From a virus (Duplodnaviria > Caudoviricetes): DNA of 64,000 nucleotides. Numbering within the stretch: position 1 is the stretch's first letter; each line of letters starts with the position of its first letter. This document shows, piece by piece, positions 8,929 to 17,959 of the stretch. The position numbers and the translations under genes are program-made. The stretch lies in the IMG/VR virus record IMGVR_UViG_3300024259_001623. One strand, given 5' to 3'. The notes under the pieces were generated by a model that was given only the letters and a program-made list of their open reading frames with translations, had not been told where the DNA came from and ran no database searches.

Positions 8929-9873
8929 TTAAAAATCTAAAAATCTATATGTCTTATCGGTTTTAATATCATTTTCATCTTCTTTTTTATCGACGCTGAC
9001 GCATTTCTCAATACATTCTGAAATTGCATTTACGACTTCTATATCTACAACAGATGAGACTATGTTAAGATCATTATCGAGAAGCGTTTTCAAATTATTA
9101 CTCTCTGCTGTTTTTCCTATTTTTTCTAATAATAGACATACAGCAAGAATTAAAGCAGGTAAACATTTCCTTGTTCCGCCTTTTTTATATATATCATGTT
9201 GTTTTTCCAAATATTTTTTAAATTTATCAATATGCTCTTTATCAAAATGCTTTTTACCAAGATAATATTCATTAATACACTTAGTATAATACTCATTCAT
9301 GCTATCAATAACTACTGTCTTATTTGGAGTTTTTTTATTATATTCTTTTTCAATATCAGAAATCATAGCTGATCCTTCCTCAGGAGTCATAAAACCAACA
9401 TTAACGGCCTCAAAGATTTGTTTTTGTTGTTTTTTCTTTTCCATTTCCGTGTTATATTCACTTGCAGCTTTAAGATTAGTAAATATTTTTTGATCCTCTT
9501 CTGCTAATATTTCTTTAGCTATTGTGTCTGACAATTTTTTTGCTTTATCTAACAATTGACCATTAGGATGATGAAGCTCTTTATTACCTTGATGTTTATA
9601 AGGTTTAGATAACAATTTCTTTTTTTTATTTAATTTATCGTATTCATTTTTGTGATATGCTTCAACAGCACCAGGGGGGAATGGCTGAACATCCACCAAT
9701 TCATTTAGAATCTTTTTATGATTATAATTATTCCCAAAAGGATTCATTTTATCAAATGCATCTTTGTTTTTATCAAAGAATTTCATCCATTTTTCTTTTT
9801 CTTTATTTGATACTGTTTCTGCCATTTCAATCTCCATACAAATCAAAAACATCTTCATATTTTTGTTTTTCAA
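8929..9873 (-). CDS. Hypothetical protein (likely start about 9825)
   Basis: Long ORF; first codons overlap the upstream gene, MAETVS is the probable start; ends RFLDF. Confidence 0.6.
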   Translation of the reverse strand: MKNKNMKMFLICMEIEMAETVSNKEKEKWMKFFDKNKDAFDKMNPFGNNYNHKKILNELVDVQPFPPGAVEAYHKNEYDKLNKKKKLLSKPYKHQGNKELHHPNGQLLDKAKKLSDTIAKEILAEEDQKIFTNLKAASEYNTEMEKKKQQKQIFEAVNVGFMTPEEGSAMISDIEKEYNKKTPNKTVVIDSMNEYYTKCINEYYLGKKHFDKEHIDKFKKYLEKQHDIYKKGGTRKCLPALILAVCLLLEKIGKTAESNNLKTLLDNDLNIVSSVVDIEVVNAISECIEKCVSVDKKEDENDIKTDKTYRFLDF

Positions 9874-10564
9874 AGCATTCTAGTACTCCACCAGATACAT
9901 CTATTATATGTATATTTTGTTTTTTAGCTTGTTTAGAAACAGCCTCCCAATAATCTATAAAATCTAATCCATGTTTGTCTACAGCCTTACCATTTATTTT
10001 CTTTTTAACCGTAGTAAATATCCTTCGCCCGTCTGTTCTAAATGGCTTTCTCTCTCCAGGGAACTGCCAATAATATCTTTTATTATTAGTTAAACAACTA
10101 TCACATCCTAATAACACTATTGGATCGCATCCCATTATATAAGCCATATGCACAGCAGACCCCGTAGAGCTTCTTGCACCTATTATAGGGTCCGACGCCC
10201 TTTTTGTAAATATAAGCCCATCTGGGTTATACTCACGCTTCCTGTGGTCATACCAGAATTTGTGATCATACCAGATAACTCTGTCTTTATCTAGATGGTC
10301 AACAAAACTTTCCATCTTTTTTTTGTATAGCAAACATTTACATTTTAATTTAGGAAGGTCAATAGAATAATAACTCCAATTGCTAACATCCCAATCATCT
10401 GACAAAAAATAATCACAAAATGGGACTTTTACAAGGCCAGAATTAACAGCTATGGTAACATGATCTCTTAACAGTTCTGTATTTTGAAAATGCAGAGATG
10501 GGCCTGCTCCTACCAAGAAAGCCATCTTACCTTTATGTAAATCTTGTAAATCATTTAGTTCCAT
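9827..10564 (-). CDS. DUF115 / Maf-like (GT42-related) putative nonulosonate transferase
   Basis: AFLVGAGPSL, IAVNSG, SSTGSAVHMAYIMGCDPIVLLGCD, matching the GxGPSL...A..LG...IxLxGxD pattern. Confidence 0.75.
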   Translation of the reverse strand: MELNDLQDLHKGKMAFLVGAGPSLHFQNTELLRDHVTIAVNSGLVKVPFCDYFLSDDWDVSNWSYYSIDLPKLKCKCLLYKKKMESFVDHLDKDRVIWYDHKFWYDHRKREYNPDGLIFTKRASDPIIGARSSTGSAVHMAYIMGCDPIVLLGCDSCLTNNKRYYWQFPGERKPFRTDGRRIFTTVKKKINGKAVDKHGLDFIDYWEAVSKQAKKQNIHIIDVSGGVLECFEKQKYEDVFDLYGD

Positions 10565-11135
10565 TTGAAATCCTTACTCTCTTAGTATCTGTATGGTCTA
10601 TATCGCAAATATAATAATACAACAACTTATCAATCTTATTTTCAGTTTCAATGAACTTTCTTACTTTATCACCATATATAAGGTCTTCCCCTCTATCTCT
10701 TTTTGTAAAACCAGCCTTCAAAGCTATTTCTCTTTTAACAGGAGTAATATGGTTAGTACCTATATAGTAAGTATCTCCAGATTTTTTCCAATTATAGTCT
10801 TTACCCCAAATTATTTTATAATTTGTTTTCTTTTTCCTTATCATCCATAATCCACGAATAGAACAGCAATCAGGATTATCTTTTAAAGCTTCTAATATTA
10901 ATTCTACATAATCATCTTCTACCATGTCGTCATCATCTATATAAGCAACATAATCTCCAGTAGCTTTCTCTAATAGTCTTTGTCTCTTTTCTCCTACTGT
11001 TACAGCCCCATTATCAACATCTATTATTATTTCTACATCATCTGTCTTTTGTCTATCCAGCGTATCTAACAGATTCTGTAAACTATGCTTTCTCTTTTCT
11101 AGAGAACATATTAATATAGATAATTTAATGCTCAT
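10551..11135 (-). CDS. Glycosyltransferase family 2
   Basis: LSILICSL, VGEKRQRLLEKATGDYVAYIDDDD. Confidence 0.85.
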   Translation of the reverse strand: MSIKLSILICSLEKRKHSLQNLLDTLDRQKTDDVEIIIDVDNGAVTVGEKRQRLLEKATGDYVAYIDDDDMVEDDYVELILEALKDNPDCCSIRGLWMIRKKKTNYKIIWGKDYNWKKSGDTYYIGTNHITPVKREIALKAGFTKRDRGEDLIYGDKVRKFIETENKIDKLLYYYICDIDHTDTKRVRISNGTK

Positions 11136-11866
11136 AAATATTTTCCTATATCTTCAAAATCTATTTTCTCAAATGCAGTTACTTTACTTCTCTTACCAAC
11201 ATTGTATATTTTACAACCTTTACTTTCTGCGAAAATATTTAGTGCAGAAAAGGCTCCCTGGTTTATACCAAATACATATCTTTGTTCTACGAAACCTGGC
11301 CTTGGTTTATTAATTCTTCTAGGCCATTCTCTTCTTGGTCTGTATTCCCAAAAATATCTTCTCTCGCCCAGGAAATAATGATCGACGCCAACCAAAAAGA
11401 TTTTTTTACATCCCATCTGTATAGCCAAATCAACACAAGAAGGCGTAGAACTACAATACGATAAACCCTCCTCATTCTCATCTATAACATCCGGCTCAGT
11501 TTTCCTAGGCCAAAAAACATAAAAATCATCTGGGATTTGATCTCTATACTTTAACCAACTTGTACGTATAATTTTATTACTAGAACTATTCTTTACAGTT
11601 TCCCAATAAGTCCATTCCCTGACCATAGAATCATTAGTTACCCAATATCTATTATCTTTATCACCTTTGCTCCAGTTAAACAGCAATATACCAGAATTAG
11701 TTGTAATAGAAACATAATCTTTAACAAAACTCAAATTCTTTTTGTATAAAGATGTTCCTGCACCAAAAACAAAAGCAGTTTCCCCATCATGTTTTCCTAT
11801 TAATTCCGTATACTTTGTTAATCCAGTTCCATCTACTAGATCAGGACTTTCAATTACATTTTCCAT
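11132..11866 (-). CDS. DUF115 / Maf-like (GT42-related) putative nonulosonate transferase
   Basis: AFVFGAGTSL, ITTNSG, SSTPSCVDLAIQMGCKKIFLVGVDH; paralog of 9827..10564. Confidence 0.75.
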   Translation of the reverse strand: MENVIESPDLVDGTGLTKYTELIGKHDGETAFVFGAGTSLYKKNLSFVKDYVSITTNSGILLFNWSKGDKDNRYWVTNDSMVREWTYWETVKNSSSNKIIRTSWLKYRDQIPDDFYVFWPRKTEPDVIDENEEGLSYCSSTPSCVDLAIQMGCKKIFLVGVDHYFLGERRYFWEYRPRREWPRRINKPRPGFVEQRYVFGINQGAFSALNIFAESKGCKIYNVGKRSKVTAFEKIDFEDIGKYL

Positions 11867-11873
11867 TATAACC

Positions 11874-13790
11874 TCACTTTTCTACTTTAAAACCAGATTC
11901 AGTTAAAAATTGACTAGGAACGGCCTTAACATAATTCAAACCGCCCTTGCTTCTAATTTTTCTATATTTACAATAAGACATATTCAAATGCTTCTTTGCT
12001 CTCGTCATTCCTACATAACAGATTCTTCTTTCTTCTTCTATAGCCTCTGCTTTATCTTTATCGTCTATAGCTTCCAATAAAGGTCTGTAATGAGGTAAGA
12101 TATTATGTTCTACTCCGACCATAAAGACTATAGGGAACTCTAACCCCTTACAAGCATGTAAAGTCATCAAAGAAATAGAATCAATATCATTTTCTTTATC
12201 ACTAGCAGACATAAGAGATATATTCTGTAAATATGCTTCCAGATTCTTTTTTCTATCACCAAATTCCGTGGCATTATTTATCAACTCTAATACATTTCCT
12301 ATTCTTTCATCAGACTCGCCTTCTTTTTTCGCAGTCCTCTTGAGATATTCACAATATTCTGTTTTGCCTATAAGATAAGATAAGCATTTACCTGGACAAA
12401 TGGTAGAAAAATCTTTATCGAAGATCTCTGCTATCTTCTCTGCCGCTTTTATCACTGGTGTTCTATTTGATATCTCTCTGATATTTTTACAAACATCTAT
12501 GACGCTAATATTTTTTTCTTTAGCTGTTTTTTCGATATCTGAAAGACTTTTATTGCCTAATCCCTTGAACACAGAGGACATTCTATAAAATGCAACCATA
12601 TCTTTGTTATTTGAAGCGAATTTCATCATTGCCAAAGAATCTTTTATTTCTTTTCTACTAAAGAAATTTTGACCGCCAATAACTGTATATGGAATGCCTC
12701 TATTAGTGAATACTGTTTGAAGTTCCAAAGAAAGCTTATTAAGTCTATAAAGAATAGCTATATCAGAAAAATCCCATCCATACTCATCAACATATTTCCA
12801 AATTTTATCTGCTATTTCTTCAGCTTCTTTCCTGGAATCGAAACAAGAACTAACTCCGACAGGATCGCCACTAGGATTATTAGTAAAGAACTTATCAGCC
12901 ATATGAGAAGAATTATGTTTAATAAGCTTCTCTGCCCTGTTAACGATTTCTGGAGTCGATCTGTAATTTTGACCTAATGTAATCTTCTTACAGTCTTTAT
13001 GTTTTTTCAGGAAATCTAAAATATTCTCATATCTGGCATTTCGGAAACGATATACACTCTGAGATATATCACCAGTCAGCAATATATTAGAAGTATCTCC
13101 CCCGATCAAGTTAATAATTTCAAACTGAGCCAAATTAGTATCTTGTACTTCGTCTACTTGTATATATTTGAATAGATTTCTAACATGAGTCAGTGCATCA
13201 ATATTTTCCCTAAATATTTTAACAGTAAAATATAATAGACCTGAAAAATCTACCAAATTATTTTCTTTTAACTGGTCGAAATATTCTTTGACAATATCTT
13301 GATATAAAACATCATCAAAATCAGCTATTACATCTTCTACATCTAAAAGATCTTCTCTTAATTTATTAATTCTGCTGGTTATAAGGTTAATATCTACATT
13401 ATCTTTTTTCTTGTCTTTACCTAACTGTTTGATAATCTTGTCTATCAGGTCTTTTTGATCACCATCATCCATAATAGACATTTTAGTACTATAACCATAA
13501 TCATCGCCATAGACTCTTAGAATATTCGCACATAAAGAATGGAATGTTCCTACGTAGAAATCCACTTTATCTACTCCCAACCTAGAGCATATTCTTTCTT
13601 TCATCTCTTTTGCAGCTTTATTAGTAAAAGTTATGCATAGGAGGTTTTTTTGATCAACCCCTCTTGAGATAAGATTTGCTGTCCTTTCTACCAGTACAGA
13701 CGTTTTCCCGCTGCCTGGAACTGAAATTACCAAACAAGGACCATCGAAATGATTCACCGCTTCCACTTGTGCGTCATTAAACTTCATCAT
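11874..13790 (-). CDS. uvrD: UvrD/PcrA-family SF1 helicase
   Basis: PGSGKT, ITFTNKAA, GTFHSLC, VDEVQDTN, GDISQSVYRFR, QNYRST, ILYR, MTLHACKGLEFPIVF, EERRICYVGMTRAK. Confidence 0.95.
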   Translation of the reverse strand: MMKFNDAQVEAVNHFDGPCLVISVPGSGKTSVLVERTANLISRGVDQKNLLCITFTNKAAKEMKERICSRLGVDKVDFYVGTFHSLCANILRVYGDDYGYSTKMSIMDDGDQKDLIDKIIKQLGKDKKKDNVDINLITSRINKLREDLLDVEDVIADFDDVLYQDIVKEYFDQLKENNLVDFSGLLYFTVKIFRENIDALTHVRNLFKYIQVDEVQDTNLAQFEIINLIGGDTSNILLTGDISQSVYRFRNARYENILDFLKKHKDCKKITLGQNYRSTPEIVNRAEKLIKHNSSHMADKFFTNNPSGDPVGVSSCFDSRKEAEEIADKIWKYVDEYGWDFSDIAILYRLNKLSLELQTVFTNRGIPYTVIGGQNFFSRKEIKDSLAMMKFASNNKDMVAFYRMSSVFKGLGNKSLSDIEKTAKEKNISVIDVCKNIREISNRTPVIKAAEKIAEIFDKDFSTICPGKCLSYLIGKTEYCEYLKRTAKKEGESDERIGNVLELINNATEFGDRKKNLEAYLQNISLMSASDKENDIDSISLMTLHACKGLEFPIVFMVGVEHNILPHYRPLLEAIDDKDKAEAIEEERRICYVGMTRAKKHLNMSYCKYRKIRSKGGLNYVKAVPSQFLTESGFKVEK

Positions 13791-13814
13791 CTTCTGCTAC
13801 CTTTATAGAAAAAT

Positions 13815-14075
13815 TTAAGATACGACGTTCTTCAACTCTTGAGGATCAAACATGCCTATTTTTTCAAATAAAACTTTTCCTTTTTTGCTAATGACTTTTA
13901 CATGAGGAAGGTCATCTACATTATGCTCATCGCATATTTCTTCTTCTTCGTCATCTAAAGCATCTATAAGAAAAAACTTATCGTTTTCTTCTATTTCCAC
14001 ACCGGCTTCTTTTATATCAAATAGCAAAGTCATACATTTTTCACAATGCGGACTGCCAAAGAAATATATGTCCAT
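13815..14075 (-). CDS. Thioredoxin/glutaredoxin-like protein
   Basis: FFGSPHCEKC CxxC, VDDLPHV cis-Pro-like motif. Confidence 0.65.
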   Translation of the reverse strand: MDIYFFGSPHCEKCMTLLFDIKEAGVEIEENDKFFLIDALDDEEEEICDEHNVDDLPHVKVISKKGKVLFEKIGMFDPQELKNVVS

Positions 14076-14434
14076 TATTGCTCCTTTTCGCTCTCTGCCT
14101 TATTCATTTCTTGTATAGTCTCATCAAATGGATATTTATCCATCTCATTGCTCAATCTATGAATCTGGTCTGTAGTCATGTCTTCTATATTAGGCATTTC
14201 TTTGATAGCTCCTTCTATAATAAGATTAATTGTTTTGCCTTTTATTTCTTCGCAAAACTTTATCATATGCTCCGGAGTTATTTCTTGGGTTATACCTAAA
14301 GCTGTACCTAGATCACTGCCTCTCCACGCCAAAACTATTTCTTTGTCAGCTTCATCTTTAACGACCCATTCTACCAAATTATATTCTTCAGTATAATTTG
14401 TATCTATAATCGTTACTCTTCTTGGTTCTGCCAT
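14075..14434 (-). CDS. Hypothetical protein
   Basis: 119-aa ORF, coupled to neighbours. Confidence 0.6.
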   Translation of the reverse strand: MAEPRRVTIIDTNYTEEYNLVEWVVKDEADKEIVLAWRGSDLGTALGITQEITPEHMIKFCEEIKGKTINLIIEGAIKEMPNIEDMTTDQIHRLSNEMDKYPFDETIQEMNKAESEKEQ

Positions 14435-15177
14435 TACTGTCCTCCGAATGCCTTTTTCAATATATTAACAACAGTGTTAGCAACGATTTCCTTTTCATAA
14501 GGCTCTCCATGCAATCTAACATCAGTTAAATCCATCAATAGTTTATCATTTGCTATATATAATAATAAATGATCGTGGAATGTTCTATAAGAGCCTTCTA
14601 AATCATCATTGATATTTTCTTTAGGAACTCCCATTTCCTCTTCTATTTTATTTAATCTTGCCCACCATTTATCAGTCTTTTTAGTGGTCACTTCTTCATG
14701 GTTTGTTGTTTCTACTAGATCGCACTGTTCTCTAATCAGAACAAATGACAAATCATCTTTAAAATCCTCTCTAACTCTGGCTAGACTTTTGTTGAATTCT
14801 TCATCAGGTACAACTCCGTATACTCTACAATTATACGGCCTAGTCGAGTGAATTGAACATAATTTTTTTTCTTTATCAAAAAAGATACAACCTTTATTTA
14901 AGACCTTGCCAGAAAGGTAACTTCTTACTGCACGTTCTATAACTTTTATAACTTCATCCATTTCCCAATTGTTTAAGATATACTTCCAAGTGTTCAAAAA
15001 TTCTGAATACAATACTTGAGGATTTTGAAAATTACAGCACCAGCCATTACATCCACCATCTTTGTTTATATTCTCCATACACCCTTTAGTCGCAGGTATA
15101 TCTTTATAAACCTTATTAAGCTTCTTGAATATGCTATCAATATTTGTATCTGTAGAAAGATTTATTTTTTCGTACAT
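14434..15177 (-). CDS. YkgJ/UPF0153 cysteine-cluster protein (FliB-related family)
   Basis: C...CNGWCC, CIFF, CSIHSTRPYNCRVYG. Confidence 0.8.
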   Translation of the reverse strand: MYEKINLSTDTNIDSIFKKLNKVYKDIPATKGCMENINKDGGCNGWCCNFQNPQVLYSEFLNTWKYILNNWEMDEVIKVIERAVRSYLSGKVLNKGCIFFDKEKKLCSIHSTRPYNCRVYGVVPDEEFNKSLARVREDFKDDLSFVLIREQCDLVETTNHEEVTTKKTDKWWARLNKIEEEMGVPKENINDDLEGSYRTFHDHLLLYIANDKLLMDLTDVRLHGEPYEKEIVANTVVNILKKAFGGQ

Positions 15178-15797
15178 TAGAACTCCAATACATCATAATC
15201 TATTTCGCTTACTTCTGTATCAACTTCATTGATATCTAAATCTTCAATTTGATCAATTTTTTCAGCGATTTTTTTATCAAAAGATACGGTCAAAGATGTA
15301 GAATCATCTCCTTTTTTAACGCATTCAGGCACCGAGTCTTGAGAATCCCATTCTCCCAATATTCTATCTAATTCTTTCTTCACAATGGAGGGTTTCTCGA
15401 CAACAACATCTTTAAATTCATCCTCACTTAATTTATCTGCCAATTCGGCCAACAGTGCTTTTTCATCGTCAATAACCCATTTCCCCTTAGAGATTTTCTT
15501 ATTGACTCTGCCAACACCAGGAAAATTAAGAGATTTATGTTTGAATTTGACTAAGGTGTTTTTAATGATGTCCTTCAACTGATCTTTCTTGTCTTTCAAC
15601 TTGTCAATTTCATCAGTAATAGTAGCTGTTCTATCTTTTTTCAGTCTACCAAGAAAAGCTATTTTATCATCAAGACCTTTAATAAAAACCAACAAATCTT
15701 CTATTTCAACATCGTTGTCTAAAGAAATGCTTTCTTCTTCTGTCTCAAACAACTCAAAAATCTTTTTTTTATTAAATTGCATAACAATATACCTCAT
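15177..15797 (-). CDS. Gam/Gp157-like coiled-coil phage protein
   Basis: N-terminal coiled coil then KSLNFPGVGRV..K...W.IDDE..L, KPSIVKKEL. Confidence 0.55.
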   Translation of the reverse strand: MRYIVMQFNKKKIFELFETEEESISLDNDVEIEDLLVFIKGLDDKIAFLGRLKKDRTATITDEIDKLKDKKDQLKDIIKNTLVKFKHKSLNFPGVGRVNKKISKGKWVIDDEKALLAELADKLSEDEFKDVVVEKPSIVKKELDRILGEWDSQDSVPECVKKGDDSTSLTVSFDKKIAEKIDQIEDLDINEVDTEVSEIDYDVLEF

Positions 15798-15801
15798 TTA
15801 T

Positions 15802-15836
15802 ATATATAAAGCAGCCATCTATTAAGATTAGCTGCT
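15802..15836 (-). terminator. Putative intrinsic terminator downstream of spoVS
   Basis: Minus-strand hairpin AGCAGCU(A)AUCU-UAAU-AGAUGGCUGCU followed by UUAUAUAU. Confidence 0.5.
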
Positions 15837-15858
15837 CTATACATAACTGTGTTTTAAA

Positions 15859-16200
15859 TTATGATTTCTTTTCAATAACTTCTAAAACAATAGCAGTTCT
15901 ATCTTCGCCACCAGCAAATTCAACAGTTGTGAAACTTGGAGATAGAGCGAAATAAACGCCCTTCTTACTAGCTTCTCCTGATGCGATAATAGTAGCCTTA
16001 ATAGCGTTATTTAAAGCAGCAGCCCCAATACATCTTAGCTTGGCAGACCCATACTTTTGAAATACAACAGAAATGGCTTTTGCAAGACCCTTTACAAAAT
16101 CTTTTGCATCACTTTTATTGTCAAAATGGCCCTTAACAGCCAGAAAAGCAGGATCATCAGAATTTACGAACTTCGTTTTGTCATCTTTCGAGTTAGTCAT
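15859..16200 (-). CDS. spoVS: Stage V sporulation protein S family protein
   Basis: LAKAI...G.A.LRCIGAAALNNAIKA.IIA.G....P.FT.V...GEDRTAIVL matches SpoVS; AAGGAGG RBS at 16211-16217. Confidence 0.85.
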   Translation of the reverse strand: MTNSKDDKTKFVNSDDPAFLAVKGHFDNKSDAKDFVKGLAKAISVVFQKYGSAKLRCIGAAALNNAIKATIIASGEASKKGVYFALSPSFTTVEFAGGEDRTAIVLEVIEKKS

Positions 16201-16275
16201 TGTAATAGCCTCCTTGGTTACTAAATTATTGACTTCTAAATTACAATTAGTTTATCGTCATTTTCGTCTTATTAA

Positions 16276-17208
16276 TTATAATAAAATATCATAAAAATTC
16301 TTTCTTTTTTCATTTAACTTGGGATCATCCCATATCTTAGAATTATGACATATATTCTTGCAACCGCATTTTGAGCATTCATAATCATCTTTATTCAAAG
16401 GACGCGGCGGTGGCAATAATTTCAAATCTGTCATTTCATTCATAGATTTTGCCTGTCTTCTGATCAACTTAAATACAGTATCAGTATTTTTCTCGATTTT
16501 GTAAGCAGCAGTATCAGAATTATTTTTATTCTCATATATCAGCAAACCAAACTCAACAGGTAATAAATTAGCATAAATTGTCAACTGAACTCTGTAATCT
16601 AAGCTGGGACCGTGCTGCAAGATCTTTTTGAACTTAAAATCGTTACAAGTCTTCATATCAATAACAAAAGGATTTTTTGGCAACGACTCCATGCTAAAAG
16701 CTTTTGTGATATCCCCGAATCTATCTTCTTTCAATACAGAAAAATCTATAATCATATCAGCATGACCATAAAAATTCAATTCCTTGTCTACTACAGATAC
16801 TTCATTGTAATGGAATTTGTTACAATCACAACTTTCGCATCGTTCTGGTTTGAAACAGCCAAGAGGATCATCTTTTCCAAATATTTGCCCACATTTCAGA
16901 TTAGCACATTTCCAATATCCTCTAAGCACACCGATGGCCTCCATATACTTAGCCCATCTGTCATGCATATTATGGCCTTTATCGAATAAACGAAGTAACT
17001 TGCTTTCGTGACATTCTTCTTCGACTTGGATATATCCTCTTTCTGCATATCTTAGATACTGCATACATCTTAAACATTTTCCAAAAGCAGATGGATGATA
17101 TATCTCAAATCCTCTGGGAGGTCCATTAGAACTTCTCCATCTAAGAAAAGTATCAACTACTCCCATAACTGCTCTTATATCTGGTGTTACAAATGCTTCA
17201 TTACTCAT
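16276..17208 (-). CDS. Cas4-like PD-(D/E)XK exonuclease
   Basis: HPSAFGKC, G..MH, GHADMII, IDMKT, QLTIY, C-terminal CSKCGCKNIC; extra internal Cys cluster. Confidence 0.8.
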   Translation of the reverse strand: MSNEAFVTPDIRAVMGVVDTFLRWRSSNGPPRGFEIYHPSAFGKCLRCMQYLRYAERGYIQVEEECHESKLLRLFDKGHNMHDRWAKYMEAIGVLRGYWKCANLKCGQIFGKDDPLGCFKPERCESCDCNKFHYNEVSVVDKELNFYGHADMIIDFSVLKEDRFGDITKAFSMESLPKNPFVIDMKTCNDFKFKKILQHGPSLDYRVQLTIYANLLPVEFGLLIYENKNNSDTAAYKIEKNTDTVFKLIRRQAKSMNEMTDLKLLPPPRPLNKDDYECSKCGCKNICHNSKIWDDPKLNEKRKNFYDILL

Positions 17209-17948
17209 ATTAGTTCCTTAGTATTTTCTCTACATTTTCTTAAAAGTTCTATAAACGCTTGGCTTCCATTTTCATTGACAAAAACGTCTGGATCTTTTTT
17301 ATCTGGCATTATGACTGGTATTATATCAATTTGAAAAATATCAAATCTTCTTTCTTTAGCCATTTTAACAACTTTTGCTGCCGCTTTTTCACCAGCCATA
17401 TCTCCATCAAAAACCAAAAATATTTCTCTGCAATATCTACTTAACATTGCTATATGTGACATCTTTAAAGTACTACTCATTACACCCACAGTGAACCTAA
17501 ATCCGCTGGCCGAAAGATATTGTACATCAAACTCTCCTTCGACTACTATGGCTTTCTTTTTTTTCAGAATATGTTCTTTTGCAACATTTAATCCATATAA
17601 TATATTCGATTTAGGAAAGCTCTCATGAAAAAACTTCCTTTTTGCTCCATCTCTCCAATCTCTCGAAGACAACGCAACCAAATTGTCATATTGATCGTAT
17701 ATAGGAAGAACCATCCTTCCAGAAAACTCATGATTTACGCCATTTAAATTCATTACATGATCTGGCATATATCCTATATGAAAACGATCTTTAATAATCT
17801 CTATCTGATCATCAGTAAATCTTCTTTTATCAGATTTTAGATAAGCAATAGCTTCTGCACCCTCATCTTGCTCAATAACCTCTCTAGATAGGGCCAGAAC
17901 CTTCTCTCGCTCTATATCTGGTAATCTGTCTCGCCATAGCTTCTTCAT
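17205..17948 (-). CDS. dnaG: DnaG primase catalytic/TOPRIM domain (no zinc-binding domain)
   Basis: GRMVLPI.D, LYGLNVAK, IVVEGEFDV, VFDGDMAG, KDPDVFV; N-terminal CHC2 finger absent. Confidence 0.88.
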   Translation of the reverse strand: MKKLWRDRLPDIEREKVLALSREVIEQDEGAEAIAYLKSDKRRFTDDQIEIIKDRFHIGYMPDHVMNLNGVNHEFSGRMVLPIYDQYDNLVALSSRDWRDGAKRKFFHESFPKSNILYGLNVAKEHILKKKKAIVVEGEFDVQYLSASGFRFTVGVMSSTLKMSHIAMLSRYCREIFLVFDGDMAGEKAAAKVVKMAKERRFDIFQIDIIPVIMPDKKDPDVFVNENGSQAFIELLRKCRENTKELI

Positions 17949-17959
17949 ATTTATTTTTT

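Noticed and set aside
16276-17208. Cas4-like gene as sign of a CRISPR-Cas locus
   Set aside because: No repeat-spacer array or other cas genes seen; stand-alone Cas4-like nucleases are common in phage recombination modules.
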